Shown here: positions 8,765 to 18,068 of the stretch, piece by piece
Layout of the letters: every line of letters starts with the position of its first letter
Numbering within the stretch: the first letter of the stretch is position 1
Source: a virus
Lineage: Duplodnaviria; Caudoviricetes
Virus record (IMG/VR): IMGVR_UViG_3300005512_000230
Span: 1 to 29,797 of that record
Direction: 5' to 3' (one strand)
Length of the DNA: 29,797 bases
The notes under the pieces: generated by a model
What the model saw: only the letters and a program-made list of their open reading frames with translations
Told to the model about the DNA's origin: nothing
Database searches by the model: none
Program-made: the position numbers and the translations under genes

Positions 8765-10015
8765 TTAAGTTAAGTTTCGATCCATTAATCTAAAAACTGT
8801 TTTGTTCAAGTATTCTGGATCAACTGATTTAGCTTTTGTTTGTAAGTTAATATACCTTGAAGAAGTTGCAGATGTCTCTGCCTTAATTATACCTGATTGT
8901 TCTGCCATTTCAAGATATCCTCTAAGTTGGGGTATATTTTCTACATCTAAATGAAATGTTCTTACAAATTCCATCCAATCAAAAGAATCTCTTTCTTCAA
9001 TAAATGATAAGATTTTAGCATATACATCCGCTTGGCTGCTAAGTCCTAAACCATAAAAAGCATTTGGCATTTCTTGTTCGGTTACTTGCATAATTGCTAA
9101 TGCTTTTTCAAAATGTTTTTCTGTAATAATCATTTCATTTGATTCAGCGGCAGAAACTAACATGCATACCTTGTTGATATGAAGTGGACGTCGATGATTA
9201 TAACCTAAAAATTTATCATTCGGTACACCTGTCTCATCATATTCTTGCTCGTACCAACGAACATATGCCTTTAAAAAATCTTTACTTAAAATAAATTGCC
9301 CAGATAAATTTGCAATTTCTTGTAAATCTTCCCCTAATTTTTTCTGAATATCCATCTCTTCTTCTGTCAAATATTGCAAAGCTTTTCGATGTTTTGGGCC
9401 TTGTCCTACAACAAAAATAATTCTTGAAATTAAGCCACCTCCTACGGCATCTTGAGTTAATTTTGATTGAAGCAAACTAGGAGTAATTGCTCCAATAATT
9501 GTAATCCAACAATTCGATATATCTTCTGTTTTTCTTGCTAAAGTTTTGTATTTCCATGAATCAGCGCAATCAAATAAATCAGTCAATGATGAAAGAAGCA
9601 TTTGATCTCTATCAGAAAGAAAGACTTGAAATTCTTCAGCCCAGATAGAAACACTCTTATGCTTCTTAGTCATTCCATTAACATCAACAAAACTATCCTC
9701 ACTATCCATAAGTTCTTTGTATAGCGCTTGAGTACTTCCCAATGAATCAGCTCCTAAAGTAACATCAAGTTGTTGAATGAAATTTTTTGCTGGACGCATT
9801 GCTGTACCTTTTCTTCCTCCAGGAGGGCCAACCAAAGCAACGAATAAATTCGGATAAACATTTCCACGTAATGGCCCCCAATCACAATAACATTTTCTTC
9901 TTAATGCAGTGCTAATTGCAGTCAAGCCACACCATAAATGATATAGATCAGGTGATTCACTCCTCTGAGTGTACTTCATATAATTTTCAAGCCAATCGCT
10001 TAATTGTCGTGACAT
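8765..10015 (-). CDS. DUF3987/YfjI-like P-loop NTPase, putative replicative helicase
   Basis: YPNLFVALVGPPGGRKGT (Walker A variant), WAEEF, LTDLFDC, IIGAITP, GLISRIIFV. Confidence 0.8.
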   Translation of the reverse strand: MSRQLSDWLENYMKYTQRSESPDLYHLWCGLTAISTALRRKCYCDWGPLRGNVYPNLFVALVGPPGGRKGTAMRPAKNFIQQLDVTLGADSLGSTQALYKELMDSEDSFVDVNGMTKKHKSVSIWAEEFQVFLSDRDQMLLSSLTDLFDCADSWKYKTLARKTEDISNCWITIIGAITPSLLQSKLTQDAVGGGLISRIIFVVGQGPKHRKALQYLTEEEMDIQKKLGEDLQEIANLSGQFILSKDFLKAYVRWYEQEYDETGVPNDKFLGYNHRRPLHINKVCMLVSAAESNEMIITEKHFEKALAIMQVTEQEMPNAFYGLGLSSQADVYAKILSFIEERDSFDWMEFVRTFHLDVENIPQLRGYLEMAEQSGIIKAETSATSSRYINLQTKAKSVDPEYLNKTVFRLMDRNLT

Positions 10016-10031
10016 TTTTTAATCCGCCTTT

Positions 10032-10244
10032 TTATCGAGGATCATAATGGATAATAGTAAACTCATTCTCAAGTCGTTCTCGAATAGCACGTAAAGTAAG
10101 TACTCTCTTTTCATAACTTTTTATATGTGTTTCTATTTTATCTGGATCGCCACCTTGCTCCCAACGATAATGTTCACAAGAATTTAAAGCAGCAACTATT
10201 TCATTAGTTAGGCCATGTAAAATTGATTTTTGATTATCAGTCAT
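10032..10244 (-). CDS. Hypothetical protein (70 aa)
   Basis: ORF with AAGGA RBS, within the operon. Confidence 0.6.
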   Translation of the reverse strand: MTDNQKSILHGLTNEIVAALNSCEHYRWEQGGDPDKIETHIKSYEKRVLTLRAIRERLENEFTIIHYDPR

Positions 10245-10258
10245 TATGCATTTCCTTA

Positions 10259-12769
10259 TTAAAGTATTTTCTTGATTGCTTCATCGATTACCGATTGGCT
10301 AAAGTCAGTTATCTCTACCGTGTTACCTGCCCATTGAGTTCCTATTTTAGCATCTAGTCCTATAGTAAAACTCTTGCCTTTATAGGTAAAAGTATGTGTC
10401 ATATGATCTCGAACAATCATTAAAATTTGAGATAGATTTTGTATTTGACTTTTATGAAATTGAAAAATCACTGAATCATGTACGGTAGTCAGCATACGAA
10501 TATCAAAACCATCTTTACCTAATCGTTGATCATTTGACATTTTAATCATGCCTTTATTAAGCAGTTCAGCTACAGTTGATTGCGGTTTATAACTATAAGC
10601 ATTTCTAAATAATGCTGCATTCATTGGAGCAAGAAATCGTCTAGGCCGTCCAAACAAGTTATAAAGAATTCGAGTTGCTTGTACTTCATCCTCAATAGAG
10701 CGATGCCACCGCTTGAGACCAGGAAAACGATCAGAATATCTATTCAATAGTTGTTTACACTCTGCCTGACTTTTGAATATTTCTTCTTTAGCAAGATTGT
10801 CTGAAAAAGTTTGTGGCCCCATTGCATAGTTACTTGCATGGACAATTCGTTTGCCCATATCACGCATAGTAAATCCACCTTTATTTTTCTTTGCTTCTTC
10901 CATAACTTGCTCAATAGGAATATTGAAGATTTTACTTGCATTAAATGAATGAATATCAACACCAGAAAGAAATGATTCAATCATGTTAGTATCTTGACTT
11001 AGATAAGCAACGACATGTGCTTCAGCTTTAGCAAGATCACACTCACAAAGCAACCAATCAGGGTCAGGAATCAAATAATGTTTAAAAGCATATGGTTGGT
11101 TTTGTAAGTTTGCTCCTGTACCAAAGTATGTACCTTCTGTAGCAATTCTTCCAGACACAGTACCAGATATCTTGTGATGGCAACGTAATTTTTTATCTTC
11201 ATCAACATCAATATTAAAATATGTTGATACAAGTTTTTGATATTTTCTTAACTTAAGAATAATCTTTGCTTCTTCAGAACCTTTAACATTCTTTTTGGCT
11301 ATACGATGAAGAGCAACAGATCCACAAGTAGCGTTTCCAGATTGCCGATTAATATATGGCTTGATCATACAGATACCATAAAAATAAGCAATCATTTGTT
11401 TACTAGAGTTTACATTAATTTCTTTTCCAGCAATTTCGTTCAGCTCAGCTTGCAAAGATTCAATTTTTTCTTCATAATCAAGTTTGGCTTTTTTGATTCC
11501 TTCTGTATCTGTTAATATACCATTGAACTCCATTTCAATCAATGGTTTATGCAAATCCATGGTATATTCCATAGCATCAGTAGAATCAAAATCTTCTAAT
11601 TCTTTGATAAGCTGTTCTGAAATAGGTAATAAATAAGCAGCATCTTTTGCATTGTATTGCCAATATTGATTCCAATCTTTGATTACTGCTTGATGCTTTT
11701 GTTTTCCTTCATCTTTATAAGCAGGATAATAAGTATATGCTGAAGTTAAATAATCAAGACCTTTAGGAAGTTCTGTATAACAAATATGTTGAGCAAGCAT
11801 TGTATCAAAATAGAAATTATCAGTTTTAATTCCCATTGTACGAAGCGTAAACATTATATCAAACATTCCATTTTGCATAATTTTACGAATGTCTGAATCA
11901 CCAAGAATCTCAGCTAATCCACGCCAGATTTTAACCTCTTCTTCAGTTGACCAATAACTACCATAGTTATCCATTAAAGGAACTGACATGCTCTTGATTT
12001 TATTATCATCATATATTGCAAGGGAAAAACAAGTAATGAATTCTGGTGTAGCCTCAATATCAAAACTAACATACTGTTTTGTTTTAATTAACTCATAAAA
12101 TTGCATTACAGGTTCAAATGAAGGTTTGATAACTATTTCTGTATTATCTTGCAAGAGTTCTGGATCATCAATGATTTTGAGCATTTTACTAAAATCAGCA
12201 ACCATTGTGTAAAAATGAATTGGTTTACCAGAAAATAAAGTAAAGGATGGATGGTAAGATATACCAATTATTTTACCTGCTAATTTTTCTCTTAAATGAG
12301 GAAATTGATCAGCATAATAAAATGATCCACGATAACTCTGAATAGAATTAAATTTTGGCTCATCAAGAAGCAATCTCATTGCAGTTGGCCCAAGTAGCAT
12401 AATCATTTTGCCTTTAAATTCTGCAAGTTCATCAATAAGCCTTTGTTGTAGTATTCCCCAATCAGGATGGCGAAAACCTTTCTCAGTCCACAAACGGCTA
12501 GTATTACCTTTAGGTAATTCAGCTTTACATGCAGTTGTCAAGTAAATTTGATATCTTGCTAATCTAACCGCAGCACAAATTCGATTTAGCTGACTTCCTG
12601 GTGGCCCATTAAATGGTTCGCATTGCAGTACATCAATTGCACTGGGCGCATCACCAACTATAGCTACCATAGCAGTATTAATATTGTCAGTTGGATTACA
12701 ATCAACAGCAAGTGCATCAAAAGAACTCTTTTGTGCTTGAGAAGTTGATTTTATCTTTGGTATAATCAT
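10259..12769 (-). CDS. polA: Family A DNA polymerase with N-terminal uracil-DNA-glycosylase-like domain and 3'-5' exonuclease
   Basis: UDG-like: IVGDAP..PFNGPPG..LLGPTA..YHPS. Exonuclease: FDIEAT, QNGMFD, DTM, YNAKDA. Polymerase: TVSGR, NLQNQP, DLAKAE, RDMGKRIVHASNY, VHDS. Confidence 0.93.
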   Translation of the reverse strand: MIIPKIKSTSQAQKSSFDALAVDCNPTDNINTAMVAIVGDAPSAIDVLQCEPFNGPPGSQLNRICAAVRLARYQIYLTTACKAELPKGNTSRLWTEKGFRHPDWGILQQRLIDELAEFKGKMIMLLGPTAMRLLLDEPKFNSIQSYRGSFYYADQFPHLREKLAGKIIGISYHPSFTLFSGKPIHFYTMVADFSKMLKIIDDPELLQDNTEIVIKPSFEPVMQFYELIKTKQYVSFDIEATPEFITCFSLAIYDDNKIKSMSVPLMDNYGSYWSTEEEVKIWRGLAEILGDSDIRKIMQNGMFDIMFTLRTMGIKTDNFYFDTMLAQHICYTELPKGLDYLTSAYTYYPAYKDEGKQKHQAVIKDWNQYWQYNAKDAAYLLPISEQLIKELEDFDSTDAMEYTMDLHKPLIEMEFNGILTDTEGIKKAKLDYEEKIESLQAELNEIAGKEINVNSSKQMIAYFYGICMIKPYINRQSGNATCGSVALHRIAKKNVKGSEEAKIILKLRKYQKLVSTYFNIDVDEDKKLRCHHKISGTVSGRIATEGTYFGTGANLQNQPYAFKHYLIPDPDWLLCECDLAKAEAHVVAYLSQDTNMIESFLSGVDIHSFNASKIFNIPIEQVMEEAKKNKGGFTMRDMGKRIVHASNYAMGPQTFSDNLAKEEIFKSQAECKQLLNRYSDRFPGLKRWHRSIEDEVQATRILYNLFGRPRRFLAPMNAALFRNAYSYKPQSTVAELLNKGMIKMSNDQRLGKDGFDIRMLTTVHDSVIFQFHKSQIQNLSQILMIVRDHMTHTFTYKGKSFTIGLDAKIGTQWAGNTVEITDFSQSVIDEAIKKIL

Positions 12770-12842
12770 TATTTTATCCTTTCTAAAGGCGCTGTCTCTT
12801 GATGAGATTGGTTGATATTTCCCCTCTTGATTTTTTAGCTTG

Positions 12843-13043
12843 TTACTGCCATCTACAATCAGAACATTTATTAGTGTTCCTGTTAATGCAGATCATGCAA
12901 TTTTCTATATATTCCACTTCTTCGTAGTGATCCTTTTTAACCAGATTCATAGCACCGCCACACTCACAATACCACCCATCATTGACTATTGTGTCTAGTG
13001 GCTCCATGTCTTCACAGTTGTCGCATTCATACCAATATTTCAT
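12843..13043 (-). CDS. Small Cys-rich (Zn-finger-like) protein
   Basis: Four CxxC/CxC motifs; likely start MKYWYE at 13043 with GGAAGG upstream. Confidence 0.6.
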   Translation of the reverse strand: MKYWYECDNCEDMEPLDTIVNDGWYCECGGAMNLVKKDHYEEVEYIENCMICINRNTNKCSDCRWQ

Positions 13044-13234
13044 AATTCCTTCCAACAATCAACAGACGTCGAGTCAGTAGCACTAACAACAACACACTCA
13101 ATGCCAGGTCTTGGTTTTATCACTTGTGTATGTAGAGTAGCTGCGCTAAAGAACCGCATAAAGTACATGCCGCAAAGAATTAAACCAATCACTACTATTG
13201 TCACTACCACTCCTAAAATAATTTTTTCTTTCAT
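13040..13234 (-). CDS. Small membrane-anchored protein
   Basis: MKEKIILGVVVTIVVIGLILCG hydrophobic N-terminus; AGGAGAG RBS; ATGA overlaps with neighbours. Confidence 0.65.
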   Translation of the reverse strand: MKEKIILGVVVTIVVIGLILCGMYFMRFFSAATLHTQVIKPRPGIECVVVSATDSTSVDCWKEL

Positions 13235-13530
13235 GATTTCTCTCCTGAATAGTAATCCATTCCAACGCACTCCCACAATTCGCCAAAAATAATTCCTTCG
13301 TCTAAGTTTAAATCAAGTTCAGACAATGCCTTTTTTCTTACACTAGCACAAAACGAACAGGTTTTGTATGTTGCAAACTCATCCCACAGGCCTACTATCT
13401 TTTCGTATACCTGACCTGGAACTATTATTGATCCGCACTCACAACATGTATGGTTTTTCCTAGCTTTCGGTGTCGTCTCTATTGTAAAACTTGCAAATTC
13501 TCCTGATCCAATGGAACACATTTTACACAT
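13231..13530 (-). CDS. Phage Zn-binding protein (KARK.H.C.EC type)
   Basis: KARKNHTCCECG...YE...YKTCSFC pattern, common in phage hypothetical proteins. Confidence 0.7.
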   Translation of the reverse strand: MCKMCSIGSGEFASFTIETTPKARKNHTCCECGSIIVPGQVYEKIVGLWDEFATYKTCSFCASVRKKALSELDLNLDEGIIFGELWECVGMDYYSGEKS

Positions 13531-13531
13531 C

Positions 13532-13633
13532 CTATCCTTTGTAAATTATCTTAACCTGCTCCGCTTGTATATGCGGTGGTTCCCAAGTGAATACATGGTA
13601 TTGAATGAGCGCATACGCTATTAATCCGGCCAT
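13532..13633 (-). CDS. Mini-ORF (33 aa)
   Basis: MAGLIAYALIQYHVFTWEPPHIQAEQVKIIYKG preceded by GAGGAGG. Confidence 0.5.
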   Translation of the reverse strand: MAGLIAYALIQYHVFTWEPPHIQAEQVKIIYKG

Positions 13634-13713
13634 CTACTCAACCTCCTCTAAGCATTCTTCAGGTGTTGGCACGCTGCTTACATAATGCCCAGTATAATCC
13701 ATGCCAAATTAGT

Positions 13714-13983
13714 TTATAAACGATCTTTTTTCAGTGTATCTGGTTCTGGAGCTTTAATTTCCATCATGCAATCAAGACAAATATAAGTTTTTACTCTAAC
13801 AACATTAGCTCCCATTATATTAATAGCAAAATTATAATTTGGTGCAGCCTTATATCCATTTGGCCAGGTTTTTGAAGCAATACCAAATTCAAGAGGAACT
13901 AAATTTTTATGTCTACAGCACTTGATTACTTTATCTTTTTCATCAAGCATAATTTGTCCTGAATGATATTTAGAATCAGTCAT
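13714..13983 (-). CDS. Hypothetical protein (89 aa, Cys/His-containing)
   Basis: Likely start MTDSKY at 13983 with GAGGT RBS; CCRH...CLDC. Confidence 0.6.
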   Translation of the reverse strand: MTDSKYHSGQIMLDEKDKVIKCCRHKNLVPLEFGIASKTWPNGYKAAPNYNFAINIMGANVVRVKTYICLDCMMEIKAPEPDTLKKDRL

Positions 13984-13996
13984 AATCAACCTCATT

Positions 13997-14131
13997 TTAA
14001 TGTCTATTAATTCCTTGAGCACGCCAAAATTTTTTTAAAGCCAATAAGTTATAATATACTTGATCTGTCCAAAGAAGTTTACCACAATTTTTCATGCATA
14101 ATTTATGATATCTTTTTGTTACAATTAACAT
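13997..14131 (-). CDS. Possible mini-ORF (44 aa)
   Basis: MLIVTKRYHKLCMKNCGKLLWTDQVYYNLLALKKFWRAQGINRH fills the gap between two genes; RBS is weak. Confidence 0.4.
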   Translation of the reverse strand: MLIVTKRYHKLCMKNCGKLLWTDQVYYNLLALKKFWRAQGINRH

Positions 14132-14137
14132 AAATGA

Positions 14138-15568
14138 TTAAATCCCATCTACAGTAGCAGAAATGCCAAGATAATTCTCCAATCGTTCATAGAATTCAGG
14201 AATATATTTCTGACTCTTATCACATCCGATAGGAACCATTTGAGCTTTAGCAGCGCTGATCAAACAATTTCCTGATCCTGCAAAAGGGCTAAGAAATATT
14301 GATCCTGGCTTACCAAGAGCTTTTAAGAAGTGATCATACAATTCAATTGGTTTTTCCCATTGATGAATGCGATTACTACCAGATACTGTAGTAATTTGAA
14401 TAGCAGATTGCAAACTCGTTACATTAAATTGAGCATCACCTTTCCGAAACAATAAATACATTTCCCAATTGCTAACCATGTTACGCTTTGGCTGGTTTGT
14501 ACTTCCACCTTTTTTGATCCAAGCTCCAGGAGCTTGTACAATAAATCCTATATCTTGTGCAATTTTTGTGATCTCTGGAAAATGTTCTTTACCAGTCCAG
14601 CATAAAACCCAACTACCATTAAGCATTTTCTGATGTATTAAAGGCAAGTAATTAAAATAAAAATTATAAAGTTCTTTTTCATCCCAATCAGTTGCTTTAC
14701 TTTCAATTTTTGATGCTTTACCATAATTTTCATTAAAATTAATTGCGTATGGAGGGTCAAGCTCAACCATGCCAACCGAATTATCAGGGATTTTATCTAA
14801 GAAAGTTTTATAATTTTCAGCTACATAGATTACTTGAATTTTTGAATTTTCACTGATACTTGTAAAATCATCTTCTTGCTGATCATCCTCAAGTTGATCA
14901 ACTTTATTTCGTGCTTTGTTTGTCGCATCTGATGAAGGTTGTGATATAGTATTTTTGATTGGAATATCAATGTTACCTGACTGAAGTGCAAGCAATCGTT
15001 CTTTTTCTTCATCATTGAAGCTACTCATGCGTTGAATTGCAGTAGCTTGATTACCGAGTTGTTTATATAATTCTCTCGCACGACTTTTTGTGCTTTGTTG
15101 TTTTAAATCTGGAAACACTTTCATTGCCTCAGCGAAAGCTAGATCAGTTGATAAGCCTCCCAAACTACATCTCAACCGTGCAGCAGTCTCTCGATAGCCC
15201 CAATTTTTTCCTTCTTCTGATGCAGCATCTTTCCAAAAATTATGTAATTTATATTTAAGTTCGATTTCTTCATGCCATAAAAATTCCTTACGATCCATAT
15301 TCGCAAGCAGTTCAATCAGAGTATGATCATCTGAACTAATTCCATCAACTACTCTTGCCTCAACTGTCTCTTTACCAAGACTTTTTAAAGCTTCTAAACG
15401 ATGTAAGCCATCAATTAGTACATTATTTGAATCAATTAAGATCGGAGATAATTGTCCAACCATACTAAGTGAGCTAGCTAATGAACTGACATCACCAACA
15501 TCTTGTCTTGCACGATCTTTGACAATGATATCGATTATTGTCTTTTCTTCGATCTGAAATAACTTCAT
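14138..15568 (-). CDS. ParB/Srx-HTH domain fused to an N6-adenine/N4-cytosine DNA methyltransferase (beta-class motif order)
   Basis: N-terminus RARQD..GQLSPILID..LIDGLHRL..EL.AN..R with HTH WGYRETAARL. C-terminus LDPPY, H.WEKP, PFAGSG. Confidence 0.88.
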   Translation of the reverse strand: MKLFQIEEKTIIDIIVKDRARQDVGDVSSLASSLSMVGQLSPILIDSNNVLIDGLHRLEALKSLGKETVEARVVDGISSDDHTLIELLANMDRKEFLWHEEIELKYKLHNFWKDAASEEGKNWGYRETAARLRCSLGGLSTDLAFAEAMKVFPDLKQQSTKSRARELYKQLGNQATAIQRMSSFNDEEKERLLALQSGNIDIPIKNTISQPSSDATNKARNKVDQLEDDQQEDDFTSISENSKIQVIYVAENYKTFLDKIPDNSVGMVELDPPYAINFNENYGKASKIESKATDWDEKELYNFYFNYLPLIHQKMLNGSWVLCWTGKEHFPEITKIAQDIGFIVQAPGAWIKKGGSTNQPKRNMVSNWEMYLLFRKGDAQFNVTSLQSAIQITTVSGSNRIHQWEKPIELYDHFLKALGKPGSIFLSPFAGSGNCLISAAKAQMVPIGCDKSQKYIPEFYERLENYLGISATVDGI

Positions 15569-15585
15569 ATTTTTTCCTTGTTATA

Positions 15586-15858
15586 TTATCTTGCGAATTG
15601 TTGTTTTATCATCTCAATTTGTTCTGGAGATAGCTTCTTTAATGCTGTAGTTGCTGCGGCAGTTTGATCTTTTGGCTTACGTCTTTTTGTTCCTTTTGCA
15701 ATATTTCTTTGCGCAGACTTAGTCATTTTTTTAGAACTAACTTTAGCAGCATTTAGAGCAGAACTTCTTATTGTTCTAACTGTTTCAATCAAAGTTAATT
15801 GGTCTGGATAAGACTTTTGCAGAAAATCTTTAATATATATTCTGTCCATTAAAGCCAT
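15586..15858 (-). CDS. Basic hypothetical protein (90 aa)
   Basis: AGGAG RBS; Lys/Arg-rich, ending LKKLSPEQIEMIK. Confidence 0.7.
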   Translation of the reverse strand: MALMDRIYIKDFLQKSYPDQLTLIETVRTIRSSALNAAKVSSKKMTKSAQRNIAKGTKRRKPKDQTAAATTALKKLSPEQIEMIKQQFAR

Positions 15859-15875
15859 AATTATTCTCCTGACAA

Positions 15876-16088
15876 TTAATCCTTCTTTCCAGGAAGTCTC
15901 AGCTCTGATCCTTTGTAGAGATAATCAGTAACTTCATCAAAGCGATTTTCTTTCAATAAGCTATGAAGCGACTCAAAAACTTGTCGAAAAAATTGTGTTT
16001 GCTGTCCATGATGAAAATGATCTTTGATTTGATTATATAATTCTGGATCAATTCTTGCGGTAAGTTTACTTTCTCCTGCTGTACTCAT
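15876..16088 (-). CDS. Small protein, possible ribbon-helix-helix DNA-binding protein
   Basis: KLTARIDPELYNQIK strand-helix pattern; AAGGAG RBS. Confidence 0.5.
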   Translation of the reverse strand: MSTAGESKLTARIDPELYNQIKDHFHHGQQTQFFRQVFESLHSLLKENRFDEVTDYLYKGSELRLPGKKD

Positions 16089-16089
16089 T

Positions 16090-17847
16090 TTAATTCTCCT
16101 TTAATAAATTTAATAGTTGTGCTTCTGTTATCTGTGGTATGTTATATCTCTCTGCTTTTGCAATTTTTGTTTTTCCTGGATCATCACCTACAATAAGATA
16201 ATTAGTCTCTCTTGTTACTCCAGTAGAAAACTCATATCCTTGTAAAGATAACCATTCAACCATTTCATCTCGTGATCTGGACAATGCTCCGGTGACACAA
16301 TAAATCGCTTTAGCAGTACTTGGAAGTTTTGTAAAAGAAAAGTTTTTCATTTCTTTTTGAGCATCAGAAAACATCAGCGCACCTTGAGAAAAACTCATCT
16401 TTGCTTTTTGATGTATATGAATACTCAAAACACCTGTACTAATAAATTGGCACAATCGTAAAGCAGTCTTATAAGCAACTGATGGCAAACCTAAACCTGC
16501 AATAAAGTGTGCCATATGCTTAGTATTATTTACTTGAGCAATTTGTGTTAAAAGATTTGTTACAATAACTGTACCCAGCGTGTCGAGCACTTCATCAATT
16601 ATATCATAAGACAAACAATCAAGCAGTGCCCAAGGCTTCTTTGAAAGAACGTCATAGCATTTACGATTATTTAAAAGTTTCTCAATGGTTTGTTCTCCAA
16701 TACCATCAATCTTGATACCTTTAGCAGAATAAAAGTAAGCAATTGAAACAATCTTTTTAGCGATACATTCTTCACCATTACATATCAAGTGAACACCTTC
16801 AACATATAAAGGCTCACCACAAGTTGGACATACGTCAATAAGCAATGGTTGATTATATGGTGTTGCCGGTTTTACCTTAATGATCTTGGGAATAATCTCA
16901 CCAGCTTTGCCTACAGTAATTTTAGCATCTATATGTATATTATGCTCGTTGATCCATCTAGCATTATTTCCAGTCACTCGTGAGTTTATTGTACCACATA
17001 GGTCAATTGGTTCATAAATAACAGTAGGAATAACTCGGCCAAGTCTTGAAACATTCCATTCAATATTTATCACGGTTGTTTCTTTGACTTGAATCGGTGG
17101 CTTCCATGCGATTGACCAAGCATTTGTAGTTCCATTATTACCAGCAACTAAGCGCATTTTTTCATCGGCTACTTTGATCATTAATCCATCAATTGGATAA
17201 ATTGCTGACCATTCAGTATGTAGCTTAAGAAGCATTTCACTCATTGCATCAACATCGCCATTATAAAAATAACTCTCACGAAGATCGCCAAAATTGTGAG
17301 GAACAGCTGTCATCATTGATCCTGGTGCATCATATTTTCGGGCTAGCCATCCTGCCACGACATTTCGAGGATTTTTGCCAAATTCGGGATTCCATTCATC
17401 AACAGGCAAAACTATTTCTACTGCTTGAAAATTACGTAAAGTAAAAGGTATTCTAATGTATGGCATCATGTGAGATACATCTTTACCACATCGCCCATCA
17501 CCTTCTAAAGTTATCGCAATACCTTTTTTCGTATGAGTTATTACTGCAGCACAACCATCATACTTAGGCTCAATAAACAATTCTTGGTCACCAAACCTTG
17601 TCAGGAATGGTTTAAGATCAGTCATGTTAAACGCTTTTTGCGTGCCAAAAATTTGTTGTTTGTGCCATGATAAGCCTGTTAAGGCTGTACGATCTTGAGC
17701 AGTATGATAAAGTAAATCATTATCAGGATCAATTGAAAAAAGCTGTTGCCATAATAAATCATATTCAGCATCAGTAATGAATGGTATTCCCGCGGAATAA
17801 GCTATATTAGCTTCTTTTATTTGTTGCTCAAGTTCTTGCTGATTCAT
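16090..17847 (-). CDS. ligA: NAD+-dependent DNA ligase
   Basis: Domain Ia ITDAEYD, EPKYDG, NPRN, DGLMIK, AWK, OB fold, CPTC..C..C Zn finger, BRCT (CVTG..V...TNYLIVG..PG.TK..KA). Likely start MNQQE (ORF track start 17862). Confidence 0.92.
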   Translation of the reverse strand: MNQQELEQQIKEANIAYSAGIPFITDAEYDLLWQQLFSIDPDNDLLYHTAQDRTALTGLSWHKQQIFGTQKAFNMTDLKPFLTRFGDQELFIEPKYDGCAAVITHTKKGIAITLEGDGRCGKDVSHMMPYIRIPFTLRNFQAVEIVLPVDEWNPEFGKNPRNVVAGWLARKYDAPGSMMTAVPHNFGDLRESYFYNGDVDAMSEMLLKLHTEWSAIYPIDGLMIKVADEKMRLVAGNNGTTNAWSIAWKPPIQVKETTVINIEWNVSRLGRVIPTVIYEPIDLCGTINSRVTGNNARWINEHNIHIDAKITVGKAGEIIPKIIKVKPATPYNQPLLIDVCPTCGEPLYVEGVHLICNGEECIAKKIVSIAYFYSAKGIKIDGIGEQTIEKLLNNRKCYDVLSKKPWALLDCLSYDIIDEVLDTLGTVIVTNLLTQIAQVNNTKHMAHFIAGLGLPSVAYKTALRLCQFISTGVLSIHIHQKAKMSFSQGALMFSDAQKEMKNFSFTKLPSTAKAIYCVTGALSRSRDEMVEWLSLQGYEFSTGVTRETNYLIVGDDPGKTKIAKAERYNIPQITEAQLLNLLKEN

Positions 17848-18044
17848 ATCGTTGGCTTCCAATTAGAGAGTAAATCTTCAAGAGTTGTTTTACATCGAAG
17901 TATAGCCATTTTTTCTTTTAATGTAAGTCTGTCAGATCCTTTCATATCATTAAAATGTTTTATAGATGATGTGATCATTCCTTTGTGCCAATTTCTTTGT
18001 AATGCCCTTTGCTGTTGATCGGTCATTTTACGTTTTGTTTTCAT
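17844..18044 (-). CDS. Hypothetical protein (66 aa)
   Basis: AAGGA RBS; ATGA overlap with the ligase gene. Confidence 0.6.
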   Translation of the reverse strand: MKTKRKMTDQQQRALQRNWHKGMITSSIKHFNDMKGSDRLTLKEKMAILRCKTTLEDLLSNWKPTI

Positions 18045-18068
18045 AAGAATAATCCTTAAGTTTTATAA

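Noticed and set aside
14138-15568. Restriction-modification or ParABS partition system
   Set aside because: No adjacent endonuclease or ParA-type ATPase.
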